A DNA stretch of 64,000 nt from Phyllobates terribilis (lineage: Eukaryota): contig NW_027362767.1 in the NCBI RefSeq assembly GCF_046119375.1, positions 257,796,001-257,860,000 on the forward strand. The letters are read 5' to 3'. Positions 34,323 to 46,333 of the stretch are shown piece after piece. Position 1 is the stretch's first letter. Each line of letters starts with the position of its first letter. A model generated the notes under the pieces. It was given only the letters and a program-made list of their open reading frames with translations. It had not been told where the DNA came from and made no database searches. The translations under genes were made by a program, and so were the position numbers.

Positions 34323-35259
34323 TAGCTATCCCATATACACGAGTGCTCTTTTGTCCGACTCTCCCTTACATGGCTCTCCTGTGTTCTTCTGGCAGTGCAT
34401 TATATTCCAGAAGACCATACGATCAGCAGTCCAAAATCTGACATGCCGGATAGATATTTCCCCCGCCAGTAAAATATCCAGGGCTCCCATGCACATTAGA
34501 CTGTCTGCTGAATCCATCAATATCTGTGAGTTCGGCCGACATTTAATATGTAAGGGGAGTTTAAAACTTGTTCATTAACCATAGTAAACTGCAAAGTGTA
34601 ATGGGTCATCTGAATTCCACATCAATTCAACCCATAGTGACCAGTCACTTACCTTTGATGGACTGATGGTAACCACCATAAAGACATACCACCTCGATGG
34701 AGGGACGGGATCTGTGCTACAATATAAACTATTATACAGTCCCCAGGGTCTACTTTAGAGACTAAAGCTGTATCTAGGGGGCATGAAATGCAGTATCCAG
34801 GGGATGTTAGTTATGGCTTTCATCCATAATAATCACAGTATATTGCGTAGGTTTTTATTAGAAACATCTGGTGAAACCATCTGACAAGTTGCAGATGGGA
34901 CAGTACCAATTTTGGAACATTTCTGAAATTTTCACCAAATATATAGATCTATTTCCTGAGGTTTGCTTGTTATGTCACTACATCCTCCAATCTTTACACA
35001 CCTTTTTAGTTTTGGCTCTGGACTCTCTCTGGTTCTGGACTTTTAGGGGAAAATGGACACAGAAGAGAAGAAAGAGAAAGGATGGAAAAAATGAGCAGCT
35101 GGAAAGAATAAGTGGATTGAGCTCCTTGTTGAAACATTGAAGATAATTTAATTCTCAGTCGTCATTATCTTTGAACATTTTTCCACTCTCGTCATATAGA
35201 CTTGTGTTTTGTAAAAAAGGGGAATCAATCATGTAAGGTGGTGACCCATAGTATTAAGT

Positions 35260-35650
35260 TGCCTGTGCAATGTCCATGGAGAGTCCCCTAGATATCAAAG
35301 CTCTCAATGGCCCAAAAGGCGATGTTCTCCAGCACCAAAGGAAAGTAGTTAAAACTTAGCCTTTAATCACATAAGACAAATTGGCAGAATGTGCAAGATG
35401 TGAAAAAAACCCATAATACTTTCACGTTTTAGGGAGAAAAACCTTTAATCATGAGACATGATTAAGGGTTTCTCAACCTGAAACGCGTAAGCATTATCTT
35501 TTTTTTTTATATGTGCACATTCTGATAACTCTTTTTTTTTTTTATCCTATATGATTATGATTTCTTTTGGTGCCGGAGAAGTTTGCCTTTTGGACTATTG
35601 AGAGCTGTTTGACCTGGAGTTGGGACCAGTGCATACTCCGTGCACGGCAT
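35260..35650. repeat. Diverged inverted repeat with hammerhead-like motifs back to back (Penelope-like)
   Basis: Arms mirror around 35454-35456 (CATG-AGA-CATG); the right arm reads CATGATTAAGGGTTTCTCAACCTGAAACGCGTA. Confidence 0.6.
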
Positions 35651-36675
35651 CCAGACCACAGACTGTCCACCCTGGAGGGTTCCTAGGATTCATATCTCTG
35701 TATCAGGAGCGGGGAGCTGAATTGACAGTTTTTTTCCTATCTTTTATAGATATCAAAGCAACCTATGACTGCTTTAATCATCTAGTTCATCAGCTGCACG
35801 GAGGGTGAGCAAAATTTTGCAACCCTCTAGAGATGCACATGGTGCTGTCCAGGAGCACTGCCTAATGGCTCCCTCTCTTTTACAGCTCTTCTCCACCGGC
35901 AGGTGGCGCTCTGGGTACAAATGATATCATTTATCAGTGTATATCTTAGTAGATATCCTATTCACAGCTGATTCCTTTGTAGGTGTCAGTACATGCTGCA
36001 CTGGTATTCGTATATTTACTGTTACGGTTTTATTTCATTCACATGTAAAGCGTCATGGAATAAATTAATAATAATAATAACTGTGATTTTAGGCAGTTCT
36101 TTACAGTTGATACAATAAATTATTAACCCTTCACATGTGAGATCAATTTATGATTTCTTTCAAAGTAAATGCTTTCCGTTTATGCTGTTTATTGGGCACG
36201 GAGATCTTTATTGGTTTCAGGGTTGTTGTTTTTTGTATCTTGACGAAACGTAAGATTTCTTTTTATGCATAATGTGTTTACTAGGAGCTAAAATTACATC
36301 TGTATCTACATTTTTTGACATATGTATGACATCTGTTTTCTTATGTCCGCAAAAAAAAGAAATTGGGCAGTTTAGTTTCCTGTGTTATTTTTGTAATGGA
36401 TCATAAAAAAACTGGATGTCATATGGAAGGTGCGCATACGGGTTGTGTTTTTTTGGGAGAACTCATTGAGTTCACTAATTGAATGTCATCCACAAATCGA
36501 ACTTGACTAGTGGACACTGCGATTTTTTCTCAAATGGACCGTGTGAAAACACTTTCATCTGAACTGTGCCGTTGACTTACATTGGTCCGTGGGTGGTCCG
36601 CCGTGCACACAGATCGAAAGTCTGCTGCGGTAAAGCTGGTCATGAACCTGTTATATTAGTACTTTTGGCAAACTT

Positions 36676-37162
36676 AGATGATCATACCTCCCAGATGATC
36701 AGTGGACAAGAGCATACCTCCCAGATGATCATACCTCCCAGATGATCATACCTCCCAGATGAGCCTACCTCCCAGATGATCAGTGGACAAGAGCATACCT
36801 CCCAGATGATCATACCTCCCAGATGATCATACCTCCCAGATGATCAGTGGACAAGAGCATACCTCCCAGAAGAGCATACCTCCCAGATGAGCATACCTCC
36901 CAGATGATCATACCTCCCAGATGAGCCTACCTCCCAGATGATCAGTGGACAAGAGCATACCTCCCAGATGATCATACCTCCCAGATGATCATACCTCCCA
37001 GATGATCAGTGGACAAGAGCATACCTCCCAGAAGAGCATACCTCCCAGATGAGCATACCTCCCAGATGATCAGTGGACAAGAGCATACCTCCCAGATGAT
37101 CATACCTCCCAGATGATCATACCTCCCAGATGATCATACCTCCCAGATGAGCCTACCTCCCA
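36676..37162. repeat. 17 bp VNTR (TGATCATACCTCCCAGA) with a recurring 13 bp insert TCAGTGGACAAGA
   Basis: Directly visible tandem units. Confidence 0.95.
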
Positions 37163-38387
37163 GCTTATACGGAAGAGAAAGAGGGACAAATCTTGAGACG
37201 TGCTGCACAACATGGCAAATATTTGATGCGTTTTTGATGCAGATGTGAAGACCCCGTTTTTAATGTGTTTTTTTATAGTACAGAAAAGTTTTGATTCTGC
37301 ACTTAAAAAAGTATCTGCTGTTTTATACATGCGTTTTTGGAAGCTCCACATAGAAGACAAGAGAGAAAAAAGCACCAAAACCGCACAGTGATTTCATGAA
37401 AACTCCGGCCCCCCGGCGTGTCTAATGACGCTGCTGAACTAGGCCGTGTTGGTGCTTTTTTTTCTCTATATGCCTCTATGTGAAGCCTAAAAAAAACACA
37501 TGTAATAAAAAAAAATTGCCATTGCATTTTTAAGTTCAGAATCAAAGCTTTTCTATAGTAATAAAAAAAAACATTAAATATGTGGATTCACATGTGCACC
37601 AAAAACCATTAAAAAAGGGAAAAATCGCCTAAAAGAAATGCAGCAAACAATCAGAGAAAATTGTTATTGTGACTTGTAGTGCGGACACCTGCAGAAAACA
37701 TGCAAAAAAATGCAGTAAAAAAAAGCAGCATTACACTATGTGTGAACATAGACTTAGCATTAGATTTTATTATGGGTATAATGGAGAAAATAAAATCAAT
37801 CACACCATTTTTTATGCCATCTAAATAATATGATCGCTGTGCTGTGTGGATTGTTATGATTACAGGGACACCAAGAATGTCCATGTAATTTGCTGATTTG
37901 TGATGTTTATTATTTTTCAAAAAAGCTTAAAATGACATTATTATAACTGTTGGGGCTGCAGCGCTGGTGTCTAATTCGGTTTGCGGCTCCCTACCAATTC
38001 AGGTAATATAACCATCATGACACTTACTTTTTTGGATGCTGAATCTCTTAGGTGACTGCCAGTCTGTATTTGTACACCTGTGTACGGACTTAATGAGGAC
38101 TATATATGAGATTTAAATAATCTTACTACTATATTCCTCTATGCTTATTTACTAATAATGGAAAAATGCAAGAGCGCAATAGGGTCTTATCCAATTAATA
38201 AATGTTACATAAGAATAAAAAAACTGCTCACCTAGTAGGGTTGTGTGGGACACAACACCTATAAAGCCTGGAGTCCAAATGCTGTAGCTTCCTATGGATG
38301 TGTCACAGATAGATGCTGGGAATGGAAGTTATTTCTAGGCTCTCTGGAGTCACGACAAACCATTAGTATGGATAAAAATGTAGGTTT

Positions 38388-38433
38388 ATTGTCTACGCAT
38401 TTCAGAGTCCACCGACTCCTTCCTCAGGACAAC
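38388..38433 (-). ncRNA. Minimal type I hammerhead ribozyme motif, copy 1
   Basis: The - strand reads GUUGUC CUGAGGA AGGAGUC GGUG GACUCU GAAA UGCG UA|GACAAU: intact core, 6 bp stem I, stem II, GUA cleavage triplet. Confidence 0.8.
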
Positions 38434-38533
38434 CATACATAAGTTGAATTGAGCTGAGTTGTTGGGAAAGGAAGTTGTTTCTGCGCTCTCTGGAGTCACG
38501 ACAAACCATTAGTATTGATAAAAATGTAGGTTT

Positions 38534-38579
38534 ATTGTCTACGCATTTCAGAGTCCACCGACTCCTTCCTCAGGACAAC
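38534..38579 (-). ncRNA. Minimal type I hammerhead ribozyme motif, copy 2 (identical, 146 nt from copy 1)
   Basis: Same sequence in a tandem duplicated unit. Confidence 0.8.
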
Positions 38580-39169
38580 CATACATAACCATACCATACC
38601 ATACATAACCAAAGGTTATGACTCCATAGAGCACAGTGTTCTTTCCCCACTCCACCTGTCCATTTGTATTTTATTAATAAAGCATTTGCACTTTACATTC
38701 TGGTCTTTGGTCTCATCCTTTGTTGGCTTTTGCCTTCACCACCCCCTCCTTTCTCAGTTATGGTATGATGAACCTGTTTTATTCTATGTCCTAGGTGGGC
38801 AGTAGTTAATATGGAGTGCTTTCCTTACATATGGATACTACTTATACTGCTTTTCTCTGGATGCTTCCCTTACCTAATACAGGCACATAGAAATACACTG
38901 ATATATACAGATATATCTCTTTGTATCAGCATAATCTGCCTGTGAGTTCAAAACCTGCAAACCAGCTTCAAGTATAGGAAATCCTCACATTCTTATAAGT
39001 GTGGGCTACGACTCACAGCTTTAGCAGCTGCCTGCAATGATACAAGTTGTTAGTTTGATTCCATTGGAGGCCTGATCTCAAGAAAAGAAAAGACTTGTTG
39101 GTTTAATTAATTTAAGTGTGAGCAAAAAGATGCTGGCTCAGCCCCTTGAGGAGAAGGAGCTACAAAGTG

Positions 39170-39221
39170 ATGAAGAGAGAAGACGAGAGAGAAGACGAGA
39201 GAGAAAGAGAGAAAGAGAGAA

Positions 39222-39252
<31 letters not shown>
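39170..39252. repeat. GA-rich microsatellite
   Basis: (GA/GAGAAA)n tract. Confidence 0.9.
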
Positions 39253-39253
<1 letters not shown>

Positions 39254-39866
39254 CAAAGCTGTGAACTGCCCAGGACAATGAGACTGTCCCCTCAAATCGT
39301 GACAGTTCCACTGAGTCTGGGACGGTTAGGAGCTATGCAAGAGGACTCTCATGAGTGATTAAAATAATCAGGGGGCATACTTCTGAGTTGGTCTGGGGGC
39401 CCCGGGATTATAACCCCTTCCTACTGCAATCAATTTTACACGGACGAGCAAATGGTAACAATGTTTTGAACTTTTGACTTTCAGGTTCCATTTCTCATTA
39501 TGCACTACTGCTTCGAATGTGAGACTGCCATCATTTTATAGACAATCATGTCTGCTATCTCCTACATAAATTTGACGTGCAACTATTTTGCATGTTGCCC
39601 TTTTGCTTGTCACTGTATTTTTGGCGCTTTTTTTTTTCTTCTTTTTTTCCCATTCCATAGCCTTGTTTTTTTGTGGGATGAATTGTAGTTTTGAATGACA
39701 TCATATAATGTACTGGAAAAATGTAAAAAAAATTCAAAGTGGTGAAAAAAAAAAAATACAATTCCTGACGACCTGATAATATCATTCTCCATGTCAGTAC
39801 GAGTGCAGTGATGCCAAACTTGCATCATTTTTTTTTTTATCTAAGTGATGAAAAAAATTGGAAATA

Positions 39867-40635
39867 CAGTACAGACCAAAAGTTTGGACACACCTTCTCA
39901 TTTAAAGATTTTTCTGTATTTTCATGACTATGAAAATTGTACATTCACACTGAAGGCACCAAAACTATGAATTAACACATGTGGAATTATATACTTAACA
40001 AAAAAGTGTGAAACAACTGAAAATATGTCTTATATTCTAGGTTCTTCAAAGTAGCCACCTTTTGCTTTGATGACTGCTTTGCACACTCTTGGCATTCTCT
40101 TGATGAGCTTCAAGAGGTAGTCACCGGAAATGGTCTTCCAACAATCTTGAAGGAGTTCCCAGAGATGCTGAGCACTTGTTGGCCCTTTGGCCTTCACTCT
40201 GCGGTCCAGCTCACCCCAAACCATCTCGATTGGGTTCAGGTCTGGTGACTGTGGAGGCCAGGTCATCTGGCGTAGCACCCCATCATTCTTCTTCTTGGTC
40301 AAATAGCCCTTACACAGCCTGGAGGTGTGTTTGGGGTCATTGTCCTGTTGAAAAATAAATGATGGTCCAACTAAACGCAAACCGGATAGAATAGCATGCC
40401 GCTGCAAGATGCTGTGGTAGCCATGCTGGTTCAGTATGCCTTCAATTTTGAATAAATCCCCAACAGTGTCACCAGCAAAGCACCCCAACACCATCACACC
40501 TCCTCCTCCATGCTTCACGGTGGGAACCAGGCATGTAGAGTCCATCCGTTCACCTTTTCTGCGTCGCACAAAGACACGGTGGTTGGAACCAAAGATCTCA
40601 AATTTGGACTCATCAGACCAAAGGACAGATTTCCA
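39867..40635 (-). mobile_element. Truncated second copy of the DD38E Tc1 element (one TIR plus the catalytic half)
   Basis: TA|CAGTACAGACC terminus; ORF 40030-40569 is nearly identical to 3036-3632; sequence breaks off at ~40635. Confidence 0.92.
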
Positions 40636-41157
40636 TTTCCATAATCATCATCATCATCAGAAATAAACACGTGAAATAGATCACTCTGTTTGTAATGACT
40701 CTATATAATATATGAGTTTCACTTTTTGTATTGAAGAACTGAAATAAATAAACTTTTTGATGATATTCTAATTTAGTGAGATGCACCTGTATTTATGTAC
40801 ACCGTGTTTTCTTTCCATTTCACTATAACCTTCAACTTTTCTGTTTCGGATCTGTACACACTCAGTTTCCAGCTTTTAGGGTAAACAAAAAAGTCATAGA
40901 TGATAAGAAAGAGAAAAAGGATGAAAAAAAATGAGATGGAGCACATTGAAGAAGTTAACAATTCCCCATCAGCATCTTCATGCTTTTTTCCAATTTCGTC
41001 ATCTTTACCAGTTTTCTCTAGTGAAGGGGAACGGAAGACGATACACAAAATTCTGGAAGGGCAGCATAGGTTTTTCAAAAAGCTAATTGGAGTCCTTAAT
41101 TTTGGGGTTAAAGACAATGTAATGCAATGATTAGGTAAAGGCCATCAATCTTATAAT

Positions 41158-41722
41158 GCACTAGAAACAATTCAATGTCCTCAAAATACACAAGGTCCCT
41201 TCATACAAAAGCATATATCCTATAGACTACAATGAAGGAGTACTAGACCCAAAAGTATTAAAAAATCATCAATTTTATTATCAGATATATAAATCACATA
41301 GTATATATAAAAACATACATATACAAGATGCAGACAAAACTGACAAAAGGTAAGGGGACTGTGATGGTGCAACCACTATAAATCGTACATCAGTATAACC
41401 ATCTGCAGTAAAGTGCTAATTAATACCATTAAAGAGCTAGTGCCCCTAAATACACAGCAATATATGGCCACCCATATAAATCAAAATCACAGATATAGCC
41501 ATATGATGAACCTCATGACAATATTATATCTAAAAGAATAAAGGCAACATCACTCTAATTACACATGGGTGCCCATATATATCTTCTTTTATTGAATAAA
41601 TAGGACACTCAAACATAACACCATACCTGCAGCCATTGTGGAACTGTATGTGGAGACACCAAGTGTCATGTCCCCCTACACTCTGACGCGTTTCACTGTC
41701 CACAGCAGTTTCATCTGGAGGT
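41158..41722 (-). mobile_element. 565 bp insertion with a hammerhead-like motif, flanked by a 15 bp direct repeat that includes the OR stop codon
   Basis: CATCAATCTTATAAT at 41143-41157 and 41723-41737; the - strand at 41721-41681 reads CAGAUGA..ACUG/CAGU..GAAACGCGUC. Confidence 0.65.
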
Positions 41723-41730
41723 CATCAATC

Positions 41731-42687
41731 TTATAATATTCGCTTATTTTGATGTTTAGGATGAATTCCCATTGCTTTCCTCATGGCAAATTTTACCTCC
41801 CGGTTTCTCAAGCTATAAATAATGGGGTTCAGCATGGGCGTCATGATGGTGTAGAGCACAGCCACCAGTTTGACATCTTTGTCCATGGCGTAGGTGGAGG
41901 AGGGCCATATGTAGCTGAAGATCCCACTGCAGTAATATAGAGCCACGACAATGAAGTGAGAGGCGCAAGTGGAAAAGGTCTTTCGACGACCTTTGCTAGT
42001 GCTAATTTTTGTAACCGCAACAATGATCCGGCCATAGGTCACCAATATAAAAATGAGGGGCCCCATCCCAGCAATGACGACCACTATCATGAACAGTCCC
42101 TCCCCGACTTTTGTGTCAGAGCAAGATAACTTGAAGAGCGGAGTAACATCGCAAAAGAAATGGTCAACCTTGTTTGGACTACAAAAGTCAAGATGACATA
42201 TAGAAACAACTTGGACCACCGAGTTCAGAAGACCACTGGCCCAGCAGGCAAAGACAATTCGAATTCTTACAGCTCTACTCATAATGAGGGTGTAGTTGAG
42301 TGGAAAGCAGATGGCCACATACCTATCATAAGCCATCACCGTAAGAATATAGCACTCCACCACCATGAAAAGCTGGAAAAAGTAGAGTTGGGTGACACAT
42401 CCAGAATACGAAATGGACTTCTGGGCTGTGACCAAAATTAACAAGAGCTTGGGGACAGTGACTGAAGACAAAAGGATGTCAACCGCAGCAAGGTTGGCCA
42501 AGAAGAAGTACATAGGCGTGTGGAGTTTTTGGTCCGAGGAAATCACGCTCAGAATTACTATGTTTCCTATTACTGTGATGAGGTATATGGCCAGGAAGAT
42601 GAGAAAAAGGAGGATCTGAGGATCCGCTGTTTCTGAAAGGCCAACAATCAGAAAGATCGACACCGATGACTTGTTAGAGTATTCCAT
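41731..42687 (-). CDS. Olfactory receptor, intact (318 aa)
   Basis: LHTPMYFFLANL, MAYDRYVAICFPL, HFFCD, KTFSTCASH and PMLNPIIYSLRN motifs; acceptor CCTTTTAG at 42703-42704. Confidence 0.97.
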   Translation of the reverse strand: MEYSNKSSVSIFLIVGLSETADPQILLFLIFLAIYLITVIGNIVILSVISSDQKLHTPMYFFLANLAAVDILLSSVTVPKLLLILVTAQKSISYSGCVTQLYFFQLFMVVECYILTVMAYDRYVAICFPLNYTLIMSRAVRIRIVFACWASGLLNSVVQVVSICHLDFCSPNKVDHFFCDVTPLFKLSCSDTKVGEGLFMIVVVIAGMGPLIFILVTYGRIIVAVTKISTSKGRRKTFSTCASHFIVVALYYCSGIFSYIWPSSTYAMDKDVKLVAVLYTIMTPMLNPIIYSLRNREVKFAMRKAMGIHPKHQNKRIL

Positions 42688-43969
42688 TGGACACGTGATG
42701 ATCTAAAAGGTTAAGAGACTACTAGTATTAGGTAGAATGGATTTGCTTACCTGTCTTTATTCACAGTGTCATATTCACCATCTTCCCCTCGTGTCCCATA
42801 TCCTTTAGTTACCTCAAAGGGGCTCTAAAACAAGTATCTTTGGAATATAATCTATTACACCATGCCTACTTTCAGTACTAAGAAACTCAACTACACAAAT
42901 GCAAATTTTGGGAGGTTAGATGGGCAAATCTACCTTTAAGGCACCCTTAAAAAATTGATGACCTTAAATTTTTTACCACACTCCACAGAGGATGTCATCA
43001 CTCATGTGATGCCCAATGGGCCTCACAAGTTATAGGAGACACAGGCAAAAATACTAGGTTAGGTTACCTATCAGGATAGCATCTTTTTGGAGTGAGGACT
43101 TATGACTCCCTCATTCATTTGTACATAACCCACATTAGACACCCACTTACGACCCCAAATTTATACTCCATCTCTCCTGATTTATTTAATCTTTTGCCCC
43201 TGTTTTTCTCAATAATTTGGGACTATGGACCAATATATAGCACAAAAATATAAATAAATAAACAGTAAAAGTAAAAATATGTAGCCACAAAACCCTTAAC
43301 CAGATGCAGGTGATTAATAATGGAGAAAATTATAGTTTCCTCTTCACCAAAAAAAAAAAGTTATAGCCATAAGACCCCATGAGTAGTTAGGTCAAATTAC
43401 CTTACAGGATCGATGCCCTCATCACCCAGAGAGGTTGCCAGTTGTATACTATATAACTCCGATCTTAGTTGTTTAACTCCTTTAGATGCCATGGTCAATA
43501 ACATCTAAAGGGGTTTAAAAAGGGAAGAGGGTTCTCTATGTTACTTCACTGGCACCCTGACTTGTGTATGCCTAATAGACTACCTGCCAGTTTTACGCTG
43601 GCAGGCATTCTACACTCCATAAAAATAAACTGCAGACTGTCTCACATGCAGAGTGAAGAGAGGTGTACTATCCTCGGTTTCATCTGTGTAATGCGTATGG
43701 AGTCGCTGCCACTGAAGACGCATCCCGGACTCACCTTAGGTTACTCTTTATCTTTTTTTACTCTCTGATGTCCAAAAACCCAACAGGACCTCAGCTGCAT
43801 AGCGACATACACTTATTTTGTATTTTAATTTATCACCATTTGAAAGATATTTGCTTGCTGTCTGTAAATGAGAACACTCTTGTCAGATGCATACTAGATA
43901 ACTCTGATCTCGGCTATCAACCCCTTTAGATGCTATGGGCCGTGGCATCCAAAGAGATTAAACAGCTGA

Positions 43970-45367
43970 GATCAGAGTTACCTAGTACCCATACTCTCTC
44001 TGTCGGAATCCCAGAAGGCTCTGTCCTAGGACCCCTACTCTTCTCAATCTATACCCTTGGCCTGGGACAGCTCATAAAGTCCCATAAAGTTTCCAGTACC
44101 ACCTATATGCTGATGATGCTCAGATCTACCTCTCTGGCCCAGACGTCACCTCTCTGCTGTCCAGTATTCCGGAGTGTCTGCTGTTCAGTATTCCGGAGTG
44201 TCTATCAGTCATATCCCCCTTCTTCTCCTCTCTCTTCTTCAAGATCAATGTGGACAAATCTGAACTCCTTATCTTTCCTCCATCTGGCATATCTTCCCAA
44301 CCTGATCTATCTATCACAATAAATGACACCATGCTTTCCCCTGTACCTGAAGTCCGCTACTTCGGAGTAATCCTCTGCCCTGACCTTCAAACCCCACATC
44401 TAAGCCCTCGCCACCTCCTGTCGCCTCCAGCTCAAAAATATTTCCAGAATCCGTCCTTTCCTCAACCCTCAATCTACTAAAATATTAGTGCATGCCCTCA
44501 TCATCTCCCGTCTCGACTACTGCAACATCCTCCTCTGTGACCTTCCTGCTAACATACTCACACCTCTCCAGTCCATCCTTAACTCTGCTGCCCAACTAAT
44601 CCATCTCTCTCCTCGCTATTCCTCTTCTTCTCCCCTCTGAAAATCACTTTATTGGCTCCCAATTCCCCAACGTATCCAGTTCAAGCTACTAACATTGACC
44701 TAAAAAGCAGTACATAATCAGTCTCCACCACATATCTCTGAACTAATCTCTTGATATCTTCCACCACATAATCTCCAGTCCTCCCAAGACCTCCTTCTCT
44801 CCTCCACACTAGTACATTCATCATCCAATTGCCTCTAAGACTTCTCCCGAGTATTCCCCATCCTCTAGAATTCTTTGCCCGAACACGTCCGATTATCCAC
44901 CACATTCGGAGCTTTCAAGCAGAACTTGAAAACCCATCTCTTAAGAACAGATTACAGCCTATAATGACCCCGAGTCCACCTCACCAACACCGGAGCTGCC
45001 ACCTCACCAACACCGGAGCTGCAGCCTCACCAACACCGGAGCTGCCACCTCACCAACACCGGAGCTGCCGCCTCACCAATAGTGGAGCTGCCGCCTCACT
45101 ATCACCAGAGCTGCCGCCTCACCAACACCGGAGCTGCCGCCTCACCAACACCGGAGCTGCCACCTCACCAACACCGGAGCTGCCAAGACCCCTGAACCTA
45201 CTGTCTCTTTCCCCATTATCCTGAAGATGTAAGCCTGGAAGGGCACGGTCTTCTCGCCTCTGTACCTGTCTATCACTATTAGTTTGTTCATTGTAATTTC
45301 TATTTGTGTTCTGTATGTAACCCCTTCTCATGTACAGCAGCATGGAATCAATGGAGCTCTAAAAATA

Positions 45368-45398
<31 letters not shown>
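43970..45398 (+). mobile_element. Degenerate 5'-truncated L2 LINE with an internal 23 bp VNTR (~44978-45185)
   Basis: [13 protein letters not shown] and SRLDYCN-coding pieces; (AAT)n tail at ~45367-45398. Confidence 0.88.
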
Positions 45399-45401
<3 letters not shown>

Positions 45402-46333
45402 GTTCTCATTTACTGCTTGAAAGAGGGAATGGGCTCCCTCTGTCATTCCATTCACAGACTTTGTCCATAGCTAGTCCTGAGACATGGATATCATTGTGTC
45501 CTGTCTGTGAGCTGAACACATCAGCAGCTGCACAAATCAGTATCAGTCAGAAGTCCAGGTTGTTTCCAAATGTAGCAAGTGATTCTCGAACAATTGCGGC
45601 ACGCTGCGCTGTTAACATAGCGCGACATCTATACATTGTGTATTACAACTGGCACACTACATAAATAGTAAATCACCCTACCCCTTGCTCCGCACTAAGT
45701 CTAGCAGTCCATACACCCGTATTACGTTTGAGTAAGATGTACCTCTTATTCAATTTGGAGCATTTTCGTCTGTCTGTGCGCCAGAAAAGCAAATCTGCGA
45801 CAGCTATTTGCTAGCGTAGGTTTGCGCCGTAATTTATACCCATTTCTAATAAGTTATGATAAATCTATTGGTCCTCCTCTATTTCTTTTATGAGTTTTAA
45901 AAAAGTCCAATGCCACAAAAAGGCAAACATTTTTTGCAAAAAAATCAGGTTTGCACCCAAATTTGTGACTTTTACAGGCCTAAATATCTTAATATTCATT
46001 ATTTTATTGTTGTCATACATTGTATAAAAAGCTGCCATATAGTGCACAGTACTATGCAGTGACCTAAAGTTGCACAAATCTTGACTGCTGTCATGCAATA
46101 ATTAAAAAATGTCCCAAAATTAGAAAAAAAAAAGTTAAACGGTAAAAAGGAAAAAAAAAAAATTCCAAATAAAACAAAATACTGGTATGCAAAAATCAAA
46201 GATTAGATGGGCCTATACTTTCTATTCCAAAATAAATAGAAATTCCCAGAATGTTGGCAAAAGAAGAACCCAACTGTTCAGCAATTGGCATGGCTAAAAA
46301 GTAAGTGCACCCCCTGGTGTTACTGTGCAATCT

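Noticed and set aside
33205-34325. CRISPR-like or protein-coding reading of the 33 bp array
   Set aside because: Units are contiguous with no unique spacers, there are no cas genes, and the context is eukaryotic; the ORFs are repeat artefacts.
36676-37162. Repeat-spacer-like pattern
   Set aside because: The inserted 13-mer is identical each time, so this is a variant VNTR unit rather than a spacer.
39005-39160. Candidate first exon for the OR at 27168 (- strand GTGAGT at ~39017)
   Set aside because: No paralogous conservation, ~11 kb from the ORF, and a lone donor motif is expected by chance.
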